DNA of 24,125 bases from a virus (taxonomy: Duplodnaviria > Caudoviricetes), in IMG/VR virus record IMGVR_UViG_3300009151_000382, positions 1 to 24,125 of that record. One strand, given 5' to 3'. The first letter of the stretch is position 1, and each line of letters opens with the position of its first letter. The position numbers were made by a program, and so were the translations under genes. Under the pieces are notes generated by a model that was not told where the DNA came from, searched no databases, and was given only the letters and a program-made list of their open reading frames with translations. Positions 17,176 through 24,125 of the stretch are shown here, piece after piece.

Positions 17176-17620
17176 TATCGCTAAAAGTGTAAGATATAAT
17201 TTGAAAGATTATAGGTTAGCTTTTATAAAGCATTTTTATGAAAGTTACAGAATAAATAATTTACATAAAAATACACCATTATTTATAAAAACTGAACTTT
17301 CTAAATTAGATATTAAAATAAAAAATAAAGGGATATTACAAAATAAGGAAATAGTAAAAGAGTATTTTATTGGATTAAAATTATGTTATGAGTTTTATGA
17401 AAATGATGATTTATTTTCAATTAAAGAAACTGAAATATTAAAATCTATAAAATATTATCATAGTAGATTGACTTTATCATATAAAGATAACCCGTGGATT
17501 TATTTTAATATAATTAGCCCTATTATTGATAAATATCCTTTATTTTTTAAAATGAAAAAAGTACAATCTTTTATAGTTTCATATAATTATTATCTTAAAC
17601 GTAAACCTAACACAAAATAA
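17159..17620 (+). CDS. Hypothetical protein (very AT-rich)
   Basis: 153-aa open frame rich in Lys, Ile and Tyr. Confidence 0.6.
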   Translation: MKSGCNIAKSVRYNLKDYRLAFIKHFYESYRINNLHKNTPLFIKTELSKLDIKIKNKGILQNKEIVKEYFIGLKLCYEFYENDDLFSIKETEILKSIKYYHSRLTLSYKDNPWIYFNIISPIIDKYPLFFKMKKVQSFIVSYNYYLKRKPNTK

Positions 17621-17655
17621 ACCCCCACTAGAGGTAATCTAGTTATATAAATATT

Positions 17656-18063
17656 ATGATTAAATTAACAGCAATCGGACATTTGGGCAAGGATTCAGAA
17701 GTTCGGAAAGTAGGCGAAAGGCAAGTGATTAACTTTTCAGTAGCTCATTCAGAAAAATACAAGGATGCACAGGGTAATCAACAAACTAAATCCTTATGGA
17801 TTGAGTGTGCGTATTGGAGTGAAAAAACAGCAATAGCCCAATATCTTAAAAAAGGTACTCAGGTTTACATTGAGGGGCAACCTGATATACAACTGTATCA
17901 AACAAACGATGGAAGGACAGGCGTAAAGTTGATATGTAGGGTTGGTAGTGTTCAATTATTAGGTAGTAGTAATACCGAGCAACAACAAGCACCTACTACT
18001 TTTTCACAAAGCAATGCAGCGGGAACGGTAACTGATGTGGCAAGTGATGATTTGCCTTTTTAG
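17656..18063 (+). CDS. ssb: Single-stranded DNA-binding protein
   Basis: IGHLGKD, FSVA, YLKKGTQVYIEG and the acidic tail DDLPF. Confidence 0.97.
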   Translation: MIKLTAIGHLGKDSEVRKVGERQVINFSVAHSEKYKDAQGNQQTKSLWIECAYWSEKTAIAQYLKKGTQVYIEGQPDIQLYQTNDGRTGVKLICRVGSVQLLGSSNTEQQQAPTTFSQSNAAGTVTDVASDDLPF

Positions 18064-18072
18064 GTTATCCTA

Positions 18073-18104
18073 AATAATAATTTAGATTAATCTAAATTAT
18101 TATT
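18073..18104. repeat. Perfect 32-bp palindrome with no spacer
   Basis: AATAATAATTTAGATT|AATCTAAATTATTATT. Confidence 0.95.
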
Positions 18105-18107
18105 AAC

Positions 18108-18144
18108 ACCTGCTATACCAAATCCGTATAGCAGGTTAATTTTT
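18108..18144 (+). terminator. Probable intrinsic terminator after ssb
   Basis: ACCTGCTATAC-N7-GTATAGCAGGT (11-bp perfect stem) followed by TAATTTTT. Confidence 0.65.
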
Positions 18145-18150
18145 ACAACA

Positions 18151-18609
18151 ATGACCTACAAAGAACGATACAACGAGATTCACAAAGAGTGGAGTAAAAA
18201 GAAGTTCCCAAGCGTACATAAGGATAATTTCTACACTTTGCCTAAAATGCCTGACATAAGAGCAAGTAACGGGCTTACAAATTATATAGTGAACGTTATT
18301 AATTGGATGGGTGGAAATGCGACAAGGGTATCAAGTGCAGGGCGAATGGTCGATGCACAACAGAAACAACCAAGCGGCACAATCCTTACAGTCAAAAAAT
18401 ACATTCCATCCACAACACGCAAAGGAACGGCGGACGTTACAGCGACTTTTAAAAGCAAAAGTTTTAAGTTTGAAATAAAAATAGGAAATGATAAACCTAG
18501 TGCTTACCAAATTGAAGAACAAAGAAGAGAAATAGCAGCAGGCGGTTATTATTTTTTTATAAAAACTCCCGATGATTTTTGGAGTGCAATAGATTTTGTA
18601 TTGAAATAA
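18151..18609 (+). CDS. VRR-NUC-like nuclease / Holliday junction resolvase
   Basis: GTADV...FEIK...PSAYQ...AGG.YF is the PD-(D/E)xK VRR-NUC pattern. Confidence 0.85.
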   Translation: MTYKERYNEIHKEWSKKKFPSVHKDNFYTLPKMPDIRASNGLTNYIVNVINWMGGNATRVSSAGRMVDAQQKQPSGTILTVKKYIPSTTRKGTADVTATFKSKSFKFEIKIGNDKPSAYQIEEQRREIAAGGYYFFIKTPDDFWSAIDFVLK

Positions 18610-18613
18610 TGAT

Positions 18614-18621
18614 TATATTTG
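18614..18621 (+). promoter_or_regulatory. -7 promoter element (TATATTTG)
   Basis: Exact TAnnTTTG at the start of the intergenic region; no well-spaced -33 element found. Confidence 0.5.
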
Positions 18622-18624
18622 CAG

Positions 18625-18745
18625 CAGTTCGCACAGGTAGAAGTGTACGACAATAAACTCATTTTAAACGCCCGAAAGGCGGACTAGCCGAACATAACTA
18701 AAGTGTTATGTTCACTTCTACCTAGTCCATCTTTCGGGTTTTTTT
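18625..18745 (+). ncRNA. Structured leader or small RNA with a long terminator hairpin and alternative pairing
   Basis: Stems CCCGAAAG/CTTTCGGG, GGACTAG/CTAGTCC and GAACATAAC/GTTATGTTC followed by T7; AGGTAGAAGTG (18635-18645) is complementary to CACTTCTACCT (18713-18723). Confidence 0.7.
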
Positions 18746-18751
18746 ATTTTT

Positions 18752-18946
18752 ATGGCACAATTAGAATTAATTTACGTTGTTGAAACTGAAAATAATACTG
18801 AAGAAAAGTATTTATGTACAGTAACAAAAAGAAATGAAATCCAAATTTTAAAAGCCTTAAATGGTGAAAAAATTATTATTCCTATTACTGAATGGGAAGA
18901 TATAAAAAATTATATAGACCAACAATTTACTCACTACGAACCTTAA
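18752..18946 (+). CDS. Hypothetical protein
   Basis: 64 aa directly after the leader RNA. Confidence 0.7.
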   Translation: MAQLELIYVVETENNTEEKYLCTVTKRNEIQILKALNGEKIIIPITEWEDIKNYIDQQFTHYEP

Positions 18947-18957
18947 AATATCTAACG

Positions 18958-19719
18958 ATGGCAAAAGATACATTTTACTTTACTCATGATTTCAATACTA
19001 GAAATGATGAAAAAATAAAGCTACTAATAAGAAAACACAGGATGCAAGGTTATGGCATTTTTTGGGCAATTATAGAAGACCTTTATAATAATGCAAACGT
19101 AATGAGATTGGATTACGAAGGTATTGCAGACGATTTAAGAGTGGATACTGACATAATAAAAAGCATCATAAATGACTTTAATTTATTTATAATTGATGGT
19201 AATAATTTTGGCAGTTTATCGGTAGAAAGAAGACTGAACGAAAGGAAAGAAAAAAGCAAAAACGCTAGTGATTCAGCAAATAAAAGATGGGAAATTTATA
19301 GAAATTATTTAGATAATAATGCGAACGCAATGCAAACGCATAGCGAACGCAATGCGAATGTTATGCGAACGCAATGCGAAACAGATGCGACCGCAATGCT
19401 AGAAAGGAAAGGAAAGGAAATAAAAGAAATAAATAAAGAAAATATTATTGTTGCTAAAGCAACCTCCACCAAAAAGTCATTTGAAGAAAGAAGGAAAGAT
19501 TTTGCTATACAAGTACAATCTTTTAAGGATAAGTACGAAAAAGATTTATTAGCAAAATTCTTTAGTTATTGGGTAGAGCCTAATAAGCCAAAAACTAAAA
19601 TGAAATTTGAATTAGAAAAGACTTGGGATTTATCTATGAGGATTGCTAGATGGAAAGCTAACGACTTCAAAAAGAAAATTACAGAAATCCCTATTTACGT
19701 ACCCGAATTTGTAATGTAA
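18958..19719 (+). CDS. Phage replication initiator (DUF4373/Lin1244-like N-terminus)
   Basis: Start reassigned to MAKDTFYFTHDFNTRNDEKI; GYGIFWAIIEDLY; A..SANKRW; C-terminal FFSYW...KM..W..R.ARW; internal iterons. Confidence 0.8.
   Translation: MAKDTFYFTHDFNTRNDEKIKLLIRKHRMQGYGIFWAIIEDLYNNANVMRLDYEGIADDLRVDTDIIKSIINDFNLFIIDGNNFGSLSVERRLNERKEKSKNASDSANKRWEIYRNYLDNNANAMQTHSERNANVMRTQCETDATAMLERKGKEIKEINKENIIVAKATSTKKSFEERRKDFAIQVQSFKDKYEKDLLAKFFSYWVEPNKPKTKMKFELEKTWDLSMRIARWKANDFKKKITEIPIYVPEFVM
19319..19449 (+). repeat. Putative replication origin: seven 11-bp iterons plus an A-rich tract
   Basis: Tandem ATGCGAACGCA-like units at 19319, 19330, 19341, 19352, 19363, 19374 and 19385, followed by a purine/A-rich run at 19401-19449. 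Confidence 0.75.
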
Positions 19720-19720
19720 C

Positions 19721-21634
19721 ATGATAGCACAATTAACATTAGATGCAGTTAAGCAAAGGATTGACATAGTTACTCTAATAGGTGAATATGTTACATTAAA
19801 AAAGAACGGTAGTAATCATGTTGGTTTATGTCCTTTCCATGACGAGAAAAGCGGTTCATTTACTGTAAGTAAATCGAAAGATATGTTTAAATGTTTTGGA
19901 TGCGGTAAAAGTGGTGATTCTATTACTTTTGTCATGGAACACCAAAAAACAACATATCCAAACGCTTTAAAGTTTCTTGCAGCAAAATACAATATTGAAG
20001 TACTTGAAGAAACAACCGAAAATAAAAAAACTTACGAAAAGCCTACTCCTAGACTTGAAAAGTTATCAAAAAAGACAATTGAGTATTTTGAAAAGAATAG
20101 GGGAATATCAAACAATACTTTACTACGATTCAATGTAACTGAATGTTTGGAATGGATGCCGAAAGCACAAAAAGAAGTGCCTACTATTTGTTTTAATTTT
20201 TATCAAAATGACGAATTGGTAAATATTAAGTTCAGAGCAAAAAATAAAGACTTTAAATTAAATAAAGATAGTAAGCTAATTTTTTACAACATTGATGCAA
20301 TAGATGGTACAGACGATGCAATAATTTGCGAAGGTGAAATAGATGCGATGTCTTTTTATGAAGCGAATGAGTATAATGTTGTAAGTGTTCCAAACGGGGC
20401 AGCTACAGGTAAATTGAATTTAGAATACTTAGACAATTGTTATAAATATTTTGAAAATAAGGAACGTATTTATATCGCTAGTGATGGCGATGCAGCCGGT
20501 AAAAAATTAGCGGAAGAACTTTGCAGACGTTTAGGGAAAGAACGTTGTTTATTGGTGCAATATCCTGAAGGGTGCAAGGATACAAACGAAGTGTTATTGA
20601 AGTACGGCAAACAAGCGGTAAATGATTTGATTTTAAACGCTAAGTTATACCCACTTGAAGGTGAAAGCACAATGGAGGATATGTTTCCAACATTGCAAGA
20701 CTTTTATAAAAATGGTTATCCCAAAGGATGCAATAGTGGAATGTTAGATGAATTAGGCGATAATGATAGTTTTGTTACGTTTATCCCTCAGCAACTTACA
20801 ATGGTCACAGGTATTAATGGACATGGTAAGGACGAGGTTGTGAATAATATTTGCATGGGATTAGCTAAGATTAACGGCTGGAAAACGGCAGTTTGCCAAT
20901 TTGAAGAAAATACAGAAATAACAGCGAGTAAATTACTAGAGAAATACACTAACAAAGCATTTGACTTTAGAAAAGATACCACACAAAGAATGAATCCTGA
21001 TGAATTTAATGAAGGAGTTTTATTTGTTTCAGAATATTTTAAATTAATGAATGTTGATGAAATGGATACTACGATTGATTCAATCATCGAAAAGGCAAAG
21101 CAAATGATTGTAAGATATGGGATTAACTGCTTAGTGATTAGCCCGTGGAACTGTATAGAGCATCAAATACCTATTGGGATGCCCGAAACTCAATACATAA
21201 GCCAAACACTTAGCAAGCTAACATCCTTTATAAAAAAATATCATATTCATTGTTTCTTAGTTGCTCATCCTACTAAGATGCAAAAGAATTTAGTTACTAA
21301 GAAATACGAAATACCTACAATGCAAAATATTAGCGGTTCAGTTCATTTTGCTAATAAGACACATAACGGATTATCAATTTATCGAAATTTTGAGGACGGC
21401 ACAACAGAGGTTCATGTTCAGAAAGTAAAGTTTTATTGGTTGGGTCGTGTTGGTATGCGTTTATTTGACTACGATAGAATGACAAGACGTTACACAGGAT
21501 TAGACGTTGCAGAAGTAAAGCCACAAACACAGCAACCACAACCTCCGCCAAACTTTAAAAAGATTGAAGTAGTTCAGCAATTAGAGCAAGCGGATTTATG
21601 GGGGATGGACGTAGATAGAGAAAATGAATTTTAA
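19721..21634 (+). CDS. Primase-helicase (CHC2 zinc finger, TOPRIM, T7 gp4/Twinkle-type SF4 helicase)
   Basis: CPFH...CFGC; EGEIDAMS; DGD.AG; KDTNE; P-loop GINGHGKD; LVAHPTK; ISGS. Confidence 0.93.
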   Translation: MIAQLTLDAVKQRIDIVTLIGEYVTLKKNGSNHVGLCPFHDEKSGSFTVSKSKDMFKCFGCGKSGDSITFVMEHQKTTYPNALKFLAAKYNIEVLEETTENKKTYEKPTPRLEKLSKKTIEYFEKNRGISNNTLLRFNVTECLEWMPKAQKEVPTICFNFYQNDELVNIKFRAKNKDFKLNKDSKLIFYNIDAIDGTDDAIICEGEIDAMSFYEANEYNVVSVPNGAATGKLNLEYLDNCYKYFENKERIYIASDGDAAGKKLAEELCRRLGKERCLLVQYPEGCKDTNEVLLKYGKQAVNDLILNAKLYPLEGESTMEDMFPTLQDFYKNGYPKGCNSGMLDELGDNDSFVTFIPQQLTMVTGINGHGKDEVVNNICMGLAKINGWKTAVCQFEENTEITASKLLEKYTNKAFDFRKDTTQRMNPDEFNEGVLFVSEYFKLMNVDEMDTTIDSIIEKAKQMIVRYGINCLVISPWNCIEHQIPIGMPETQYISQTLSKLTSFIKKYHIHCFLVAHPTKMQKNLVTKKYEIPTMQNISGSVHFANKTHNGLSIYRNFEDGTTEVHVQKVKFYWLGRVGMRLFDYDRMTRRYTGLDVAEVKPQTQQPQPPPNFKKIEVVQQLEQADLWGMDVDRENEF

Positions 21635-21652
21635 CACATAAAACAAACAATT

Positions 21653-21706
21653 ATGATACTATCAGACAGCGCAATATTGCAGGAAAAACAAAAATTAGGA
21701 TTATGA
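21653..21706 (+). pseudogene. 17-aa mini-ORF resembling the N-terminus of dCTP deaminase
   Basis: MILSDSAILQEKQKLGL; A-rich start region; its stop overlaps the methyltransferase ATG (ATGA). Confidence 0.4.
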
Positions 21707-22743
21707 AAATAAATGTGTTAAGCTTATTCGATGGTATATCATGTTGCCAACAGGCATTAAATAGAGCAGGAATACAATACAACAAATATTATGCAAGCGA
21801 GATTGATAAACACGCAATTAAATCTACTATGTGCAATTATCCTGATACTATACAATTGGGTAGTGTTACGGAATGGCAAACATGGAGTATAGATTGGCAA
21901 AGTATAGGTTTAATTGTTGCCGGGTCACCTTGTCAAGGATTTAGTTTTGCAGGAAAACAACTTGCTTTTGATGACGAAAGAAGTAAATTGTTTTTTGAGT
22001 TTGTCAATATTCTACGCCACGTTCAAAAGTTTAATCCTGATGTTAAGTATATTTTAGAAAACGTTTACATGAAAAAAGAACATGAAAAAGTTATAACAAA
22101 CATTTTAGGCGTAGCTCCTATTAAAATAAATTCAGCTTTATTTTCAGCCCAATCTAGGAAAAGGAACTACTGGACAAATTTTGGCTTGCAGTCAGCAGGT
22201 TTGTTTGGTTACCCGGTATCAACTATCAAACAACCAAAAGACAAAGGCATCTTATTAAAGCACATTTTACAGCCTGAAAGCGAAGTTGATGAAAAGTATT
22301 ATTTGAGTGATAAGATGTTATCTTTTTTTATTAGTAATCATGAAAAAATGAAAGCTAATAATCAAGGTTTTTCTTTTACCCCTACTGAAAACTTTGATAC
22401 TAAATCTAAAACAGTAACAACAAAGGAAGGCAGTAGGATGGAAAATAATTTTATCAAAGTTTCAAGAGACGGACAGGTAAAAAAAAACCAAAATAAAAGT
22501 GTATGCTTTACAGCAGGTGGTAATAGTGGCGGTAACCATTCGGATATGGATTTGATATTATTATTAGAAAATTACCGTATCAGAAGATTGAGTGTAATCG
22601 AAGTTTGCAGACTTCAAACGATTGCAGACGATTACTTTTTTAAAGATGGCAAACAAATAATATCAGATTCACAAATTTATAAATCATGCGGAAATGGGTT
22701 TACCGTTGACGTTATTGCTTATATATTAAACTACATAAAATAA
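21703..22743 (+). CDS. DNA (cytosine-5)-methyltransferase
   Basis: Motif I LSLFDGI, IV GSPCQGFS, VI LENV, VIII AQSRKR, IX RRLS..E..RLQ and X GNG. Confidence 0.95.
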   Translation: MKINVLSLFDGISCCQQALNRAGIQYNKYYASEIDKHAIKSTMCNYPDTIQLGSVTEWQTWSIDWQSIGLIVAGSPCQGFSFAGKQLAFDDERSKLFFEFVNILRHVQKFNPDVKYILENVYMKKEHEKVITNILGVAPIKINSALFSAQSRKRNYWTNFGLQSAGLFGYPVSTIKQPKDKGILLKHILQPESEVDEKYYLSDKMLSFFISNHEKMKANNQGFSFTPTENFDTKSKTVTTKEGSRMENNFIKVSRDGQVKKNQNKSVCFTAGGNSGGNHSDMDLILLLENYRIRRLSVIEVCRLQTIADDYFFKDGKQIISDSQIYKSCGNGFTVDVIAYILNYIK

Positions 22744-23036
22744 AACACATCCCCACACCACAACAGCTACTTAATGAAGTATGCGATATTATGCAAGAAC
22801 ACCCCATAAAAGTAGCAGGACGCAACAGAGACAAGGGAATAGTAAAGGTCAGACATTACTACGCCTACATAGGGCGAAAATACTACAAGTTCAAACTGAA
22901 ACAACTTGCAGAACCGTTATATCGAGACCATACAACGATAATCAACAGCCTTCAAGTAGTAAAAGATTGGATTGATAGTAAAGATTGGATTTGCGTAAAT
23001 GATTTGGAACTTTTAAAAAGACATTTTAAATTATGA
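22740..23036 (+). CDS. DnaA domain IV (C-terminal HTH)-like protein; start uncertain (ATA 22740 or ATG 22791)
   Basis: R.K.IVKVRH...Y..R...KL..LA...RDHTTIINS closely follows the DnaA RDHTTV signature. Confidence 0.75.
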   Translation: MKHIPTPQQLLNEVCDIMQEHPIKVAGRNRDKGIVKVRHYYAYIGRKYYKFKLKQLAEPLYRDHTTIINSLQVVKDWIDSKDWICVNDLELLKRHFKL

Positions 23037-23323
23037 AAGAAGTAACAACGCCGCAACAGTTGAAGTTATTAATTGAATTATACTTTTCCGACATTGAAAT
23101 AGACGTGAAAGAAGTTGAGGAATACTTTTGTTTTATCGCTAGTGTAGTTTATCGGTTTAGTTATGTCTCAATAGGAAAGGCATTAGGAGTTTGTGAATGT
23201 ACGCCGCCGTTAAAAAAAAGAAAGTTAGATAAGAAATTGAGACTTAATAAAGGAAGCGAATACAGCACAATCAAAGAAATAGTCAAATTTGCATCCCCTA
23301 GCCTTGTTTTTAGTCTTTATTAA
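23033..23323 (+). CDS. Probable HTH protein, divergent DnaA-domain-IV-like
   Basis: FCFIA...SYVSIGKALG; N-terminal TPQQL shared with the preceding ORF. Confidence 0.55.
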   Translation: MKEVTTPQQLKLLIELYFSDIEIDVKEVEEYFCFIASVVYRFSYVSIGKALGVCECTPPLKKRKLDKKLRLNKGSEYSTIKEIVKFASPSLVFSLY

Positions 23324-23457
23324 TGGAAGTAAGGGGTTTATATTACTAACTACACTATAATTGAAATTTAAGCTTTATTTTAAGTTATTGTATTTGTTAA
23401 TGAAAATAAAAAATTATAGAATTATAAAAAATAATTAGCAACGTATTGAAATAACCT

Positions 23458-23466
23458 ATATCTTCG
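23458..23466 (+). promoter_or_regulatory. Possible -7 promoter element (TATCTTCG)
   Basis: Variant of TAnnTTTG followed by TGTC, as in the promoter at 13006; lies in an AT-rich intergenic gap. Confidence 0.45.
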
Positions 23467-23507
23467 TGTCATCAAAGCAATTAAGCGGAGAGATAAATAT
23501 TAAGATT

Positions 23508-23801
23508 ATGGCACAAGCTACATTAAATATCAGCAAAGTTTTAACAGTTTTGGAATCAACTAAGTTTGGTACTAAAGTATATTCTACAAGTAAAAAAAGA
23601 TTTGTAGAAATTGCATCAACTTTTGATAAAATAGAGTTTACTGCTTCATGGACAAAACTATCAAATTTCAATAAGTTAGAATCTGAATTATTAAATTTAG
23701 GCTTTGTAAAAAGTACAATTTCTTATTTTACAATAGATAATATTGAAGACGTAAAATTTGATTTATGTATGTTTAGAATCGAATACATCAAATCTAATTA
23801 A
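23508..23801 (+). CDS. Hypothetical protein
   Basis: Start reassigned to MAQATL after ATTAAGATT. Confidence 0.7.
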   Translation: MAQATLNISKVLTVLESTKFGTKVYSTSKKRFVEIASTFDKIEFTASWTKLSNFNKLESELLNLGFVKSTISYFTIDNIEDVKFDLCMFRIEYIKSN

Positions 23802-23845
23802 TTCACCTCAAAGGGGTGCAGCATCCTATAAACTGCATTAAGATT

Positions 23846-24040
23846 ATGAACATAGAACGTTGGCAACAGCACAGCCTACCCGAAAAATGGGAGTTAATAG
23901 GCAAGATTACCCACTTAATGCAAAATAGCGAACAAGGCTATGACAAGTGCATGGAGTTGATTAGACAAGCCGAGCAAGACGGCATTTTTTCACAAGTAAA
24001 ATTTGAACATAATGGAATGGACGTACAAGAACAAAACTAA
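23846..24040 (+). CDS. Hypothetical protein
   Basis: Start reassigned to MNIERW after ATTAAGATT. Confidence 0.7.
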   Translation: MNIERWQQHSLPEKWELIGKITHLMQNSEQGYDKCMELIRQAEQDGIFSQVKFEHNGMDVQEQN

Positions 24041-24125
24041 GTCCGAGTGGGCGAAGTTAATCAGAAAGCAGCGTAGGGCGTTGGATATAACGCAGCAAGA
24101 ACTAGCAGGTTATGTGAACGTTGCT
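24012..24125 (+). CDS. XRE-family HTH regulator, 3'-truncated by the window edge
   Basis: MEWTYKNKTKSEWAKLIRKQRRALDITQQELAGYVNVA shows the IR..R...ITQ.ELA pattern. Confidence 0.8.
   Translation, partial: MEWTYKNKTKSEWAKLIRKQRRALDITQQELAGYVNVA

Noticed and set aside
18331-21551. Minus-strand ORFs 18331-18522, 20470-20670, 20788-21087 and 21351-21551
   Set aside because: All lie inside confidently assigned plus-strand genes.
22781-22975. Alternative plus-strand 64-aa ORF
   Set aside because: Overlaps the frame carrying the DnaA-domain-IV motif and has no motif of its own.
21703-23323. Type II restriction-modification system
   Set aside because: No adjacent endonuclease-like ORF; the methyltransferase appears to be an orphan.
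23456-23671. Minus-strand 71-aa ORF
   Set aside because: Antisense to ORF 23508, which has promoter and start-motif support.
1-24125. Stop-codon recoding, or a firm temperate-lifestyle call
   Set aside because: Genes are intact and densely packed under the standard code. No integrase or att site lies in the window, so lifestyle cannot be decided.

Overview
This is an AT-rich fragment of a tailed dsDNA phage or prophage, most likely infecting Bacteroidota. The host inference rests on TTTG-N18/19-TAnnTTTG promoters, AT-rich start regions without obvious Shine-Dalgarno sites, and signal peptides ending in Gln. From left to right: (1) a contractile-tail baseplate and tail-fibre module (1-3639); (2) two genes carrying Sec signal peptides, an 828-aa fibre/adhesin-like protein and a 126-aa partner (3657-6526); (3) a lysis cassette with several small membrane proteins, a unimolecular spanin and a DUF5675-type endolysin (6548-8691); (4) a leftward block of small early genes, including a GNAT acetyltransferase, an HTH protein and a hexapeptide-repeat protein encoded by an 18-bp tandem array (8775-14133); (5) divergent promoters (14134-14252); (6) a rightward recombination/replication block with a Rad52/Sak-like annealase, YqaJ-like exonuclease, SSB, VRR-NUC nuclease, replication initiator with 11-bp iterons, primase-helicase, C5 DNA methyltransferase and DnaA-domain-IV-like and XRE HTH proteins. 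The most notable observations are the apparently exported fibre module, a reciprocal Walker A/Walker B residue swap in the helicase, a switch-like leader RNA before the replication genes, a perfect 32-bp palindrome, a repeated ATTAAGATT-ATG start motif and an antisense-oriented terminator inside the lysis cassette. All family assignments come from motif recognition by eye, not from database searches. No integrase, reverse transcriptase, CRISPR array or tRNA was seen.
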